Source: a virus (taxonomy: Duplodnaviria > Caudoviricetes). From it: DNA of 56,389 nucleotides. Below the pieces are notes generated by a model that was not told the origin of the DNA, did not search any database, and saw only the letters and a program-made list of their open reading frames with translations. Location: IMG/VR virus record IMGVR_UViG_3300035183_000021, positions 1 to 56,389 of that record; one strand, written 5' to 3'. Positions within the stretch are counted from its first letter, which is position 1, and the number at the start of each line of letters is the position of its first letter. Below are positions 37,078-46,490 of the stretch, piece by piece. Made by a program: the position numbers and the translations under genes.

Positions 37078-37365
37078 TTATTCAACAGTTTTCAGTAGCT
37101 CAAGCAGATACTGCTTACGTTGTTTCTGGTTTGCTGCAATTGCTTCAGGCGTAGGCCATCCGTACTTCGTCACTACTGCCAGCATTCGCTTGAGCATCGC
37201 CCGTGCTGCGTTTTCATTAGACCTACGGATGGGCCTCCCTTTCACCCATCCATAATACGTCACACGGGACACTCCAAGCAACTCGGCCATGTCCGCAGTA
37301 GTGAGAAGCATGTGCTTACGAAGGGCCTCGACCTTGGTGAAATCAATAGGTTTAGGCGTCATCAT
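37078..37365 (-). CDS. XRE/Cro-like HTH regulator
   Basis: 'LTTADMAELLGVSRVTYYGWVKG'. Confidence 0.85.
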   Translation of the reverse strand: MMTPKPIDFTKVEALRKHMLLTTADMAELLGVSRVTYYGWVKGRPIRRSNENAARAMLKRMLAVVTKYGWPTPEAIAANQKQRKQYLLELLKTVE

Positions 37366-38359
37366 CTGCACCTACCTCCCCAATGAGCGCGGCAATCTCA
37401 TCTGCCAACGACGACGCAGCATCAACAGCCGAGACAGGGGTAGCCTTGGCCGCCGGAGCCGGGGCAGCTTTAACCGCCTTGGCAGGGGCCGCAGCCGGTG
37501 CCGGAGCAGCCGCTTTAGGTGCGCCAAAACCACGCCTAGGAGCAACAGTCTGCGCAGGTGCAGGGGCGGGCTCCTCCGTTACTGCTGCTACTTTGACAGC
37601 GGGTTTCGGCGCAACGGGTGCCGGAGCAGCGACTTCAGGAACAGGCACAGGCCGCCGGGGTACTTCCCCGGTGATTTCCTTGACTCGCTCGCTACCGAAC
37701 AACTCGTCCACGATCTTCTGCGTCTCCTCATCGAGGAACCCAGCGAAGGTGAACTTCAGCTTGGGGAACGACGCATCAGTATCGAAAGAGACACGAGTCT
37801 TCACGATCTCTGGCGGGATGCCCCGCATGGACAGCTCCTTCTGGTATTGATTCAGATTCTTGAGAGCAGCCGGAGTAACTTGCAACAGATAGATCGGACC
37901 GCTGGGGTCATCCGCAGCGACAACCGCCAGTCGCTTCTGGTCTGCACAAGCCTTGATCTGCTGCCCTTGCGGAGTCACTTTAGAACCCCATGCGTTCTGC
38001 GGGCAGGAAGCGCACAGATCACTTTGCGGGTCGGTGGCTTCAGGATCAGGGCTGATGCCATCCAGCGAGAAACAATCAGGCGCTTGCGGTTCCGAATCCG
38101 GCGTCCACGGTTTGGCATACCAGGTTTTCGACAGTCGCGGGTTAGCACCCACAATCACGACATCCAGCGCCGTGGCATCCAGCACAGTCTCAGTATCACC
38201 CTCGACGATGCGGAAACGTGCGCCCTTGATACTGATACGCGGGTACGTGGCCCCAGACGACAGACCACCGACCAGCGAAGCCGCCAGAGGCGACGGAGCG
38301 CCGATACGAGAAGCAAGGTGGGCGGGAACTTGGATGTTTGCAGGAATGATGTTGCTCAT
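37352..38359 (-). CDS. Probable ssDNA-binding/replication protein
   Basis: 'PRISIKGARFR' start, Cys motifs 'CASCPQN...KAC', A/P-rich linker and an acidic C-terminal tail. Confidence 0.55.
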   Translation of the reverse strand: MSNIIPANIQVPAHLASRIGAPSPLAASLVGGLSSGATYPRISIKGARFRIVEGDTETVLDATALDVVIVGANPRLSKTWYAKPWTPDSEPQAPDCFSLDGISPDPEATDPQSDLCASCPQNAWGSKVTPQGQQIKACADQKRLAVVAADDPSGPIYLLQVTPAALKNLNQYQKELSMRGIPPEIVKTRVSFDTDASFPKLKFTFAGFLDEETQKIVDELFGSERVKEITGEVPRRPVPVPEVAAPAPVAPKPAVKVAAVTEEPAPAPAQTVAPRRGFGAPKAAAPAPAAAPAKAVKAAPAPAAKATPVSAVDAASSLADEIAALIGEVGADDDA

Positions 38360-38381
38360 TTTAGGCTCCTATAAGTTGGGG

Positions 38382-38789
38382 TTAGTCTTCGACTTTGGCA
38401 CCAGGTTTGCGAACGTTCACCTCCAGCTTGGTGCCATAATTGATACCGGGGGGAACAGCCTTCATCCGCTCGATATAGCCACGCACAGCAATTTTGCTAA
38501 CGCGCTTCTCAAGCAGATCGTATGCTTCATTCTCACGAATGAAGTTCAACACAGCGTCCCAATCAGCCACGTTCGCGTAGTCCGTGGTAGTCAGAAACGC
38601 AGTGCCATACTCGGACTTGAAACTGGTTAGGCCCTGCGCATCCATTTGCGTTTTGAGATACGCCTCCAGTTTCTCCATCTTGACTTTGATCGCGGCCACT
38701 TGGTCCTTTAGTTGAGCCTCGATAGCCGCTTTCTGGTCGCGCAGTTTCATGTAGGTGCGGATCACGTCACCTATACTTACATTGCTCAT
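38382..38789 (-). CDS. Hypothetical coiled-coil replication-module protein
   Basis: 'YMKLRDQK...VADWDAV...LLEKRVS...VPPG' pattern; SD GAGGTG. Confidence 0.65.
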   Translation of the reverse strand: MSNVSIGDVIRTYMKLRDQKAAIEAQLKDQVAAIKVKMEKLEAYLKTQMDAQGLTSFKSEYGTAFLTTTDYANVADWDAVLNFIRENEAYDLLEKRVSKIAVRGYIERMKAVPPGINYGTKLEVNVRKPGAKVED

Positions 38790-38794
38790 GCTTG

Positions 38795-40348
38795 TCACCT
38801 CTTCGTTTGTTGCTGGATCATCTCAAGCAGCAGCCCTTGGAGCTTCTGCTTATTTTTCAGTCGTTCATACATCCTGCGTTCAAGGTCTGTACCCTCGATG
38901 TGGATGATGTTCGACACACGCTTTTTACCGATACGCTCGATTCGCCCATTGGCCTGTACATAGACCTCATTACTCGTGACCGGCCCATACCAGATGATTG
39001 TTGAAGCAGCGGTCAAGGTTAGACCATGCGCCATCGTACCTGGGTGGGCGATCAGAACATGTGGGTCTTTCTCATACTGGAACCCATGGAAAATGCTGTT
39101 GCGCTGACTGGCAGACACCTCACCGTTGACTACACCAACAGACCAGTGTTTGCTCAGTTCCTTCTCCAGCATGCGAAGCGTACCGGTTAGTGGGACAAAT
39201 ACGATTACCTTTTCTCCCGCCTCTTCGATCACCTCCTTCACTAAGTTCACACGTGGGGAACAATCCAGTTCGATGGTCTGACCATCGTCACCATAGGCCA
39301 CACCACAAGCAATCTGGACTAGCTTCTGAATCTTCACAGCTTCGTTGACCGCAGTGATGGTACCTTCCTGCGCAGCTTCAGTCACGAAGTGCTTCAGCAT
39401 TTGTGTGTAGTGCTTCTTCTGCTCAGGGGTTAGCTCTACTTGCCGAGTCTGAATAATCGTCTCAGGCAGATCAAAGCATTCGTCACGGGTATACCGCACA
39501 GCAGGTTGTAATACATGCTTCACGATTTCCACGGCCTCGGGGCGGGGGACGTATTTCCATTGCCCAACCTTCATCATTACCTGCTCACGAAACGCCGTGA
39601 ACGTCTTAGTCAAGTAGGGCGATCCCACCAGCTTCGCCAGTGCCCACGCATCAGTCGGGGCGTTCGGTGTCGGTGTGCCAGTCATCAACCACAACCGCGT
39701 ATTGGGGTTCTGCTCCATCCACTTACGGAAAATCTTGAACCTGCGGGTTGACGGATTACGCAGCACAGCCGCTTCGTCCACGATCACCAGGTCGAACATA
39801 CCGCTTGCCGCGTCCGCAATGATAGGAAAACCGTCGTGGTTGATAATGTAAAAGTCTGCATGCGTCTTCAACAACTTGAGTCTGCGTTCAGCGGTGCCGT
39901 GCAGCACAACAAATTTGCGGTGTACTAAATTGGTGAAGATCGCGTCTCCCCAGACCCGTTCCAGTGTAGAAAGCGGGGATATGATCAGCACTCTTTTGAC
40001 CTTCTTGGTCTTGATCAAATAATCCGCTGCCCACAATGCTGCTAGCGATTTGCCGGTCCCGATCTCGTTCAACACCAATCCTCGATGATGTAGCGTCAGG
40101 AACGCTGCGGTCAGCTTTTGGTGCTCGAACGGACGATATTGACCGGGCCAGTCGTAGTAATACAGGATCGGCGACGGAGCCTTGATACCCATATTGTTGA
40201 GCACCTTGACTTCATCGAGCCGATGCGGGGTTACTACGATGGGTATATCCTGTGCGTAAAGCAGCTTCGCCGTTGGAATACTCGCAAGCACCCGACCAGG
40301 GTTATTCAGTTTCAGTGCAAGCGCCTTCGCTTTTTCTACTACCAACAT
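38795..40348 (-). CDS. SNF2-family helicase
   Basis: 'EIGTGKS', 'IVDEA', 'MTGTP', 'HGLTLT' and 'QANGRIERIG'. Confidence 0.9.
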   Translation of the reverse strand: MLVVEKAKALALKLNNPGRVLASIPTAKLLYAQDIPIVVTPHRLDEVKVLNNMGIKAPSPILYYYDWPGQYRPFEHQKLTAAFLTLHHRGLVLNEIGTGKSLAALWAADYLIKTKKVKRVLIISPLSTLERVWGDAIFTNLVHRKFVVLHGTAERRLKLLKTHADFYIINHDGFPIIADAASGMFDLVIVDEAAVLRNPSTRRFKIFRKWMEQNPNTRLWLMTGTPTPNAPTDAWALAKLVGSPYLTKTFTAFREQVMMKVGQWKYVPRPEAVEIVKHVLQPAVRYTRDECFDLPETIIQTRQVELTPEQKKHYTQMLKHFVTEAAQEGTITAVNEAVKIQKLVQIACGVAYGDDGQTIELDCSPRVNLVKEVIEEAGEKVIVFVPLTGTLRMLEKELSKHWSVGVVNGEVSASQRNSIFHGFQYEKDPHVLIAHPGTMAHGLTLTAASTIIWYGPVTSNEVYVQANGRIERIGKKRVSNIIHIEGTDLERRMYERLKNKQKLQGLLLEMIQQQTKR

Positions 40349-40352
40349 ACTG

Positions 40353-40661
40353 TCACCTATTCCTCTGTGCTCGAATCCACTTTTCTACCTCTGCAATGGA
40401 GAAGTCGTCATAGACAAGAAACCAGTAGCCACCCGCATCCTGAATCTGCCTCCCGCACGCAAGTTGAAGCGCAGTGGGTTTCTTGGTTTTGTCGGCCTTG
40501 CACTCGATGCCTACAAACTTACCCTCCACGATGCAGACCACATCAGGGATTCCAGCTCTTCCCATACCATTGGCGGCAGGAAAGAAGTACCAGATTTTTT
40601 CATGTCTTAACATTGCTGTCAACTTTTGTTTGATTCGCCCCTCTGGTGTTGTTGCTCCCAT
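40353..40661 (-). CDS. VRR-NUC / Holliday-junction resolvase-like nuclease
   Basis: 'TPEGRIK', 'GIPD', 'GIECKA' and 'PTALQ'. Confidence 0.85.
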   Translation of the reverse strand: MGATTPEGRIKQKLTAMLRHEKIWYFFPAANGMGRAGIPDVVCIVEGKFVGIECKADKTKKPTALQLACGRQIQDAGGYWFLVYDDFSIAEVEKWIRAQRNR

Positions 40662-40690
40662 TATACACTCCTTTACGTCGATGTCAAGTA

Positions 40691-41347
40691 TCAAACCAAC
40701 GCGAACTCGCAGTCATGGCGGCACGGGCAGTAGCGGCACAACCCAGAAGGTCGGGCGGGCCAGTTGTCGTGTTCGTAAGCATCGTAGATACGCCGGATAC
40801 GCCGCATGATCTCAGCCCAGATGGTGTTAACTTCACTACGTTCGTAGGTATTGGTGTCCATCTCCATTGTCTTAAGCCACACAAGGACGGTCTTCACCCG
40901 CTGTACTTCTGGGAAGTGCTTGAACACCTGCGCCGCAAACAACTGCATTTGGAACTGGTCGGTTCTGCGTTTGCCCGTCTTCCAGTCCATCACCACCGCC
41001 TCGTCGCCAGTAACCACAAGTATGTCAAGTTTGCTACGCAGCCACGCATCAGGGTCACGCCAATTTGTTGGTGTAAGGTTTTCAGTTAGCGCCAGTTCGT
41101 GCTCGATGAACAATTGTCCTTGGCTAGCCAGCTTCTCTACCGCCGCGCACAAGGGTTCGTACTGCGCCACTTCCGGGTCTATGTCCGCGCCTTTTAACCT
41201 GGCTTCGAGAAGCGCGTGGATGCGCTCGCCGTACTTTGAGACCTCAGTGCCTTCGTCAGCGACCTCTTTTGTAATGCGCTGGCGGTAATATCGCAGCGGG
41301 CAGCTCTCGAATAGCTTGATCGAAGAATAGGAATGCGTTAAGCGCAT
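40691..41347 (-). CDS. PD-(D/E)XK (Cas4/RecB-like) exonuclease
   Basis: 'SYSSIKLFESCP', 'KLD', 'MDWKTGK' and C-terminal 'LCRYCPCRHDC'. Confidence 0.85.
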   Translation of the reverse strand: MRLTHSYSSIKLFESCPLRYYRQRITKEVADEGTEVSKYGERIHALLEARLKGADIDPEVAQYEPLCAAVEKLASQGQLFIEHELALTENLTPTNWRDPDAWLRSKLDILVVTGDEAVVMDWKTGKRRTDQFQMQLFAAQVFKHFPEVQRVKTVLVWLKTMEMDTNTYERSEVNTIWAEIMRRIRRIYDAYEHDNWPARPSGLCRYCPCRHDCEFALV

Positions 41348-43212
41348 CAAGCGTCTCCATAGTTATCAGCCACACCAGCTTCACAAGCCACAGGCAGCCC
41401 CGGTGCCCACTTGGGCGGGGTAGACATGACTTCTACCAGTTTTGCCTTGGCTTCTTCGGCTTCTGCCTCAGGTGCGGTAATGATGATTTCGTCGTGGACT
41501 TGGAACACTACGTGGTAGTACTGCCCAATAGCCGCCATCTGTTCTCGAATGACAAGCGCGGCAAGGGCCTGTGTAATGTTTTCCGCAACTTTACCTGAGT
41601 ATATCCGCGTCCACGCCGAGTCGTCAATTTCCTCACCGTCCATCATCTTACGATACGCGCGAGGGTCATTGACATACACGAACCCACTAGGTGTAGACCG
41701 CAGCGCAGGATATTGAATCTTGAACCCGCTGGGTAAGGTGATACCTGTACTGTCATACGGCAATACATTATGTAAATTGCCACTTCGGCCTTGAACCATA
41801 TCCGTCAATGCGTTAGCACATTTTTGCCAGAACTGCGCAATGCGGAAGTTCTTAGTCCGATAGAGGCGCACGATGCGCTCCGCCTCGTTCAGATCGACCC
41901 TTACACTGATCCCACCTTGCCCAAGCTCTAGCGTGCGTTGAAGTTTGGCAGCACCAAGCCCATAGCCCAATCCGAGAACGCATACCTTACCTACAAATCG
42001 TTCCACCTTGTCAGCCTTGGTGATCTTACGCCCGTAAATTTCAGTAGCGAATTCAGAGTACACGTCCCGCTTATCACGAAACGCCTCAACCAGATCATCT
42101 TGCCCTGCGATGTAGGCCACCAATCGGGCTTCGATTTGCGACGAGTCGGCAACAATCAGCACATGCCCAGGGGGTGCCTTAAGTGCCCGTCTGATGGTGT
42201 TATCCCCACGGCTAGGAAGGTTTTGAAGGTTAAGTTTGTCACCACCACTGAAGCGCCCGGTATGTGCGCCGTAGTAGTTCAACATAATGGGCAGCCGCCC
42301 GCGTTCCGCTACCCCAAGCAGGGCCTCAGTGCGCGTCTCCTCTAGTGTGGACTTTACACCAAGCCGGGCAGCTACAGCCGCTTGCACCCGTTCATCAGGG
42401 TGTTCCAGTAAATCAGTCATGCCCTTGTCGGTTTTAGAGAACGCCCATGTTGTCTTTCCTGTTCGAGGGCTGATCTTAGTGGGCGGCTCCACACCTAGGG
42501 ATTTGAGATAGCTGGCAAACTTCTCGTTGGACATGAGCACATCTTGCGCAGCTTCTTCGCCGCCCATGCTCTGCGCCAGTTCTGCCGTCAACTCCCGCTT
42601 GTGGGCACGGACCTTTTCAAGGTGTTCCTCCAGTAACGGCACGTCCAGTTCGATTGTTGGTTCAGTATACATCCGGATCGTCTGGTCAATCACCAACAAC
42701 TCGGTGATTGGGAACCCCACCTTGAGCTTATCGAACAACTTCTTTGTCAGCTCTACATCATTGATGCAATACTGTCCGTAGCGGGCGAGCTCTTCTTCGG
42801 TAAAGTCGGCCCTACGCTTGCCCATCGCAGCCACGACCTCGGTGCCCTTCTTGCCCAGCCCATAGTACTCTGCGAGCTTCGCCAACGACCCGCCTACTGT
42901 CATACCGTGAAGCGGGCGAGACATGCTCAAAGTGTCCAACCAAAACCGGGGGCGAATACCAAAGTGCCACGACAGGATGGCCCCATCAAACGCTGCGTTA
43001 TGGCAGAGGATCGCCTTATCGCTGTAATCAAGTGACTTAAGGAACTTGCCGGGGTTATCGCCGGAGTACCAGTCAGCCGGATAATTGTTAACTTTTACGC
43101 CAACGCCGATGATCTCGAACCGTGGGTCCCGGATATACGCCTCCGTGGTCATCTTCGACAGGCTGTAGTCTTTGTCGTAATAAGTTTCGATGTCGATTGT
43201 AACAATGTCCAT
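41347..43212 (-). CDS. polA: DNA polymerase family A with 3'-5' exonuclease
   Basis: ExoI 'DIET', ExoII 'HNAAFD', ExoIII 'YCIND', 'HTGRFSG', motif A 'DSSQIE', motif B 'RFVGKVCVLGLGYG' and motif C 'VHDE'. Confidence 0.92.
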   Translation of the reverse strand: MDIVTIDIETYYDKDYSLSKMTTEAYIRDPRFEIIGVGVKVNNYPADWYSGDNPGKFLKSLDYSDKAILCHNAAFDGAILSWHFGIRPRFWLDTLSMSRPLHGMTVGGSLAKLAEYYGLGKKGTEVVAAMGKRRADFTEEELARYGQYCINDVELTKKLFDKLKVGFPITELLVIDQTIRMYTEPTIELDVPLLEEHLEKVRAHKRELTAELAQSMGGEEAAQDVLMSNEKFASYLKSLGVEPPTKISPRTGKTTWAFSKTDKGMTDLLEHPDERVQAAVAARLGVKSTLEETRTEALLGVAERGRLPIMLNYYGAHTGRFSGGDKLNLQNLPSRGDNTIRRALKAPPGHVLIVADSSQIEARLVAYIAGQDDLVEAFRDKRDVYSEFATEIYGRKITKADKVERFVGKVCVLGLGYGLGAAKLQRTLELGQGGISVRVDLNEAERIVRLYRTKNFRIAQFWQKCANALTDMVQGRSGNLHNVLPYDSTGITLPSGFKIQYPALRSTPSGFVYVNDPRAYRKMMDGEEIDDSAWTRIYSGKVAENITQALAALVIREQMAAIGQYYHVVFQVHDEIIITAPEAEAEEAKAKLVEVMSTPPKWAPGLPVACEAGVADNYGDA

Positions 43213-43508
43213 TAGTCTTCCTCTTCTTGTAGCACTTCCAGCAGCTTCTGAATATAGTGCTGGCACTTGGCAGCCTCAATGGCAGCTTCATCTTTGCGCC
43301 CCATCCGCATGAGATATTTTAGGGCGTTCCCACGGTAATACCCAACACGTTGTTCGTAGGGCCATGTGTCCACCACGTCCCAGGGTTCAACGCCCATCTC
43401 TTTGTAATGGTCTCCGCCGACTTGACGGTTTCTTGCACGTTCACGGCTTCCACTCCCCCCGCCGCCAAATAATTTGACTTCGATATGGTCGAATTTGGAT
43501 TTAGTCAT
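43212..43508 (-). CDS. DUF3310-like protein
   Basis: 'QVGGDHYK' and 'GNALKYLMRMGRK'; SD AAGGAG. Confidence 0.8.
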   Translation of the reverse strand: MTKSKFDHIEVKLFGGGGSGSRERARNRQVGGDHYKEMGVEPWDVVDTWPYEQRVGYYRGNALKYLMRMGRKDEAAIEAAKCQHYIQKLLEVLQEEED

Positions 43509-43572
43509 GATGACTCCTTTCAAAAGCGTGATATACTCCCTTAGCCCCGCCGGAGATAGCATCTCCGGCCCG

Positions 43573-43602
43573 ACGCCCTCCCCGTGAGGGCGTTTCTTTT
43601 TT
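43573..43602 (+). terminator. Plus-strand intrinsic terminator inside the minus-strand arm
   Basis: ACGCCCTC / GAGGGCGT stem followed by TTCTTTTTT. Confidence 0.6.
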
Positions 43603-43811
43603 CAGAACAGCCTCAACAACAGCCGCCGCCACCACGTATCGGCACGCACTAAACGCCATCCCTGCTCTTGGGCGGCCCAGCTTGGATGGAATACCCCCGT
43701 AGCTATGTCAAGTACGGCGTGATGACCCGGCAAAACTGCACAACGCATATCATGAAACGCCACTGGTCCGTAATATTGAATGGTTGGTTCACGTGGTTTA
43801 TCATTAGACAT
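43602..43811 (-). CDS. Hypothetical protein
   Basis: SD AAGGAGGT; 69 aa. Confidence 0.65.
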   Translation of the reverse strand: MSNDKPREPTIQYYGPVAFHDMRCAVLPGHHAVLDIATGVFHPSWAAQEQGWRLVRADTWWRRLLLRLF

Positions 43812-43831
43812 GATACCTCCTTAGAGAAGAG

Positions 43832-43905
43832 TGGGCCTGGTAGGGCTCGAACCTACGACCAAAGGATTATGAGTCCTCCGCTCTAACCGACTGAGCTACA
43901 GGCCC
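43832..43905 (-). tRNA. tRNA with CAT anticodon, most likely tRNA-Ile2 (lysidine type); no encoded CCA
   Basis: Cloverleaf GGGCCTG-TAGCTCAGTCGGTTAGAGC-GGAGGA-CTCATAA-TCCT-TTGGTC-GTAGG-TTCGAGC-CCTAC-CAGGCCC-A. C4/C5 in the acceptor stem as in Ile2; lacks initiator features. Confidence 0.88.
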
Positions 43906-43920
43906 GATGATGTAATTCAA

Positions 43921-44175
43921 TTACTCCGGTGCCGATGGCGTAAGTGGAGCCCAATGTGTCGGGTTGGGATCGGTAGAGAATACAGCATCGACAATCCACT
44001 TCTCACCGTCCCAGAACACATAGCACTCAGCCCACCTCCATCCCTCGACCCAGGGTCCATCTTCTTCAAACACCTCCACCCGGAGACCAATGAAAACCCG
44101 GCCTTTCTCAAAAAGCCATACAGGTTCCTCAGTCGCCGGAAGGCGTATTTTGGTTTGGGTCCATATAGTCACCAC
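43921..44175 (-). CDS. DUF551-like Trp-rich protein
   Basis: 'WTQTKIRLP...PTHWAPL' pattern. Confidence 0.6.
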   Translation of the reverse strand: MVTIWTQTKIRLPATEEPVWLFEKGRVFIGLRVEVFEEDGPWVEGWRWAECYVFWDGEKWIVDAVFSTDPNPTHWAPLTPSAPE

Positions 44176-44375
44176 TTACTCCTTTCGTTCTCGCCATACA
44201 TCCATGCCAGAATCAGTCGTGCAATTTCAGGCAACTCATGTTTTGCAGCCACCCCACCGCCGGGAAGTGCGTACACACCATGCACCGGTTCAAACGTACC
44301 CCTCCTGCGTACCATCAATGGCATGAATCGAATCCCATGCAAGCTCACGCTACCATCTTTGTTTTCCAGCATCAT
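44169..44375 (-). CDS. Hypothetical protein
   Basis: Overlap-coupled small ORF. Confidence 0.5.
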   Translation of the reverse strand: MMLENKDGSVSLHGIRFMPLMVRRRGTFEPVHGVYALPGGGVAAKHELPEIARLILAWMYGENERSKW

Positions 44376-44532
44376 TTTTTACTCCCCCAAAATCTCGCGG
44401 CTCTGTCACACTAGTAACAGTTCCACAAATGTCACACTTCCCAATATGCCAACAGGCCACACCACAAGGGCGGCGACCATATTTCTCCCCGCAAGAAGCA
44501 CAGACCCATTCAATTAGTTTTTCACGTCTCAT
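44350..44532 (-). CDS. Small Zn-finger-like protein
   Basis: CASCG...CDICG and 'VTEPRDFG'. Confidence 0.6.
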   Translation of the reverse strand: MRREKLIEWVCASCGEKYGRRPCGVACWHIGKCDICGTVTSVTEPRDFGGVKNDAGKQRW

Positions 44533-44753
44533 TCGCTCCTATTCCTCCTATTGTTCCTACTCCACCTGAAATTCGTCAGAGTCTCCACAATGCGGTTACA
44601 CTCCGCTGCTGTAATTGCAAACGCAGCGCCCGATTCGTTAAGCATTTTGAATAGCTTGCTAAAATGCTCGATACCGAAGTCAATCTCCGTATCGCTGAGC
44701 GGCTCACCGGCAACGACTTTTCCGTAAATCATGGCAGGGGAAATCTTTTCCAT
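44529..44753 (-). CDS. Hypothetical protein
   Basis: SD GGAGGT; coupled. Confidence 0.6.
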   Translation of the reverse strand: MEKISPAMIYGKVVAGEPLSDTEIDFGIEHFSKLFKMLNESGAAFAITAAECNRIVETLTNFRWSRNNRRNRSE

Positions 44754-44765
44754 TTTGACCTCCGT

Positions 44766-45128
44766 TTATTTGTTAACCCAATACGTTGGCACCCAACCCA
44801 TTGTTGCGGCGAACTCCAGCGCATCCTTGCCGAGTATCGCTTCGGCCCGTTCCTTAGCGTATGCCGTCGCCCGCTCACCGCCAATACCGGCAAGCATGAA
44901 ACACTCAGCAAGTTCCGCACGCTGTAGCTGCATCGCGGCATCGATTGCCTGTTGCAGCCCATCGCTTAGCATTTTCTCTACCGGGTTGACTTTCCATTCC
45001 GAAGACCTGTCAGCGGCGCGAACCCCACTATCGCGCAGTCGGATGAGCATGTTAAGGTATCCGTCCCAAAATTTAGCGCGTTCAATAACACGCTGCTCAA
45101 GTTCTTTGATAGCATCTGCTTTACTCAT
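44766..45128 (-). CDS. Hypothetical protein
   Basis: SD AGGAG; coupled. Confidence 0.6.
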   Translation of the reverse strand: MSKADAIKELEQRVIERAKFWDGYLNMLIRLRDSGVRAADRSSEWKVNPVEKMLSDGLQQAIDAAMQLQRAELAECFMLAGIGGERATAYAKERAEAILGKDALEFAATMGWVPTYWVNK

Positions 45129-45340
45129 GGCCTGTCTCCTTTTTCCAATTCAGCAACCAATTGTTCAGCATAGCGGACCGCTTCCTCCAAAGTGTCGAAA
45201 TCTGCCTCACACTGCCATTCGTCTTCATCGCAGCGAAGGTACACACTGAAAAAATCAGGGGCGCTGTCGTCCACTTCGCAAATCATGCCGGGATATTCAC
45301 GCACCCCACAAACTTGCACAACATCAGATATTTTAATCAT
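45125..45340 (-). CDS. Acidic hypothetical protein
   Basis: 'FFSVYLR...CEADF' small early-protein pattern. Confidence 0.55.
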   Translation of the reverse strand: MIKISDVVQVCGVREYPGMICEVDDSAPDFFSVYLRCDEDEWQCEADFDTLEEAVRYAEQLVAELEKGDRP

Positions 45341-45341
45341 C

Positions 45342-45821
45342 TCAAACCCCCGTGCTTCCAAAACCATTTACCCCACGATCTGTTTCTGACAGATCATCTA
45401 CCTCCTCAAATTGCACCCGTGGGACTTCGCAGATATACGCCTGCGCGATTCGGTCGCCGGGTTTTATAAGCATTGAATGATACCCGCCCACAGACGGCCA
45501 GCAGTTCAGCAGCACCTTAACTTCCCCACGGAAGTCTGAATCAATGACGCCGGGGAACACTTCAATATTATGCTTAAAAGCAAGGCCACTGCGGGACGCA
45601 ATCCGCATCATGTACCCATGCGGAATCTCAAACGCCAGACCAGTGCCGACAATGATCTGTTTTCCTGGGTATAGCAGCCCCCCGGCTCGCGCCTCATCAA
45701 CGACAGTCGCCGCATACAGGTCAAAACATGCGGCACCATCTGTCGCATAGGTCGGCATAATCGCATCGGGATGCAGCCGTTTCACTTTGATTTTCAGCAG
45801 TTTTTTCACTTCGGTTTGCAT
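45342..45821 (-). CDS. dut: Trimeric dUTPase
   Basis: Motifs 'AACFDL', 'SRSGLA', 'GVIDSDFRGE', 'GDRIAQ' and 'RGVNGFGSTG'. Confidence 0.95.
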   Translation of the reverse strand: MQTEVKKLLKIKVKRLHPDAIMPTYATDGAACFDLYAATVVDEARAGGLLYPGKQIIVGTGLAFEIPHGYMMRIASRSGLAFKHNIEVFPGVIDSDFRGEVKVLLNCWPSVGGYHSMLIKPGDRIAQAYICEVPRVQFEEVDDLSETDRGVNGFGSTGV

Positions 45822-45836
45822 GTCAACTCCTCCTAA

Positions 45837-46109
45837 TTAAGATTCAATTGCATACACTTTTACTCGTCGAGCTTGCGCTAGAGCATCTTGTAATTCTTCA
45901 AGATGTGCTTTGACAATCTTCTTATGGGTCTCTTCGTAGCTTTTTACCCACTCGACATACCGTGCAATAGCCGCACGAGCTTTCTTGCCAGTAAGAACAC
46001 CATATAGCACCCCGTCGTCTGTAATAAGACACATAAACGTGACCTCTGTCGGAGTCTGCCAAAGCTCAAAATGTTTACCATCAAGAACGCAACGCAAATG
46101 ATATTTCAT
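45837..46109 (-). CDS. Hypothetical protein
   Basis: SD GGAGGTG; 'FELWQTPT'. Confidence 0.6.
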   Translation of the reverse strand: MKYHLRCVLDGKHFELWQTPTEVTFMCLITDDGVLYGVLTGKKARAAIARYVEWVKSYEETHKKIVKAHLEELQDALAQARRVKVYAIES

Positions 46110-46489
46110 TACTCACCTCCTACAAACACACCAAACTTTTCCCGGAGCGGCCTACTCAACCGCCTGCACACATCATCCACCGCCTCAAGAGTTTTTTCCA
46201 CCGTGGGCTGTCTGGTAGGAGCCAGAAACGTCACCTCTGCGGTTTTGGCAAATGCCTCCAGCAGCTCAGGCGGATATTCATTGTTTTTGATGCAGTGATA
46301 CAGGAACGTAACCCACTTGTCGTGTTCCCAATGGGGGGCGTCCCATTCTTGTTTGCCTCTACGCTGAGCCGCGACCTTATCGCAGACAGTCTGTAGTACC
46401 CCGAGTTTAGCCCGGACTTTCATACCATACTTGAACTGCCGCAGTGCGCGTAGCCATTCACGACGTTTAGCCTTGTCGATTTTGGGCAT
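46109..46489 (-). CDS. Hypothetical protein
   Basis: 126-aa coupled ORF. Confidence 0.6.
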   Translation of the reverse strand: MPKIDKAKRREWLRALRQFKYGMKVRAKLGVLQTVCDKVAAQRRGKQEWDAPHWEHDKWVTFLYHCIKNNEYPPELLEAFAKTAEVTFLAPTRQPTVEKTLEAVDDVCRRLSRPLREKFGVFVGGE

Positions 46490-46490
46490 A

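Noticed and set aside
37289-38374. 361-aa plus-strand ORF, and similar long antisense ORFs (3732-4484, 6851-7735, 23207-24346, 33019-33804)
   Set aside because: These are Arg/Ser-rich shadows of real genes with no motif, SD or promoter that I could see, unlike the antisense HNH.
43832-43905. tRNA as attP or prophage boundary
   Set aside because: No integrase, no duplicated tRNA 3' end, and phage genes continue on both sides.
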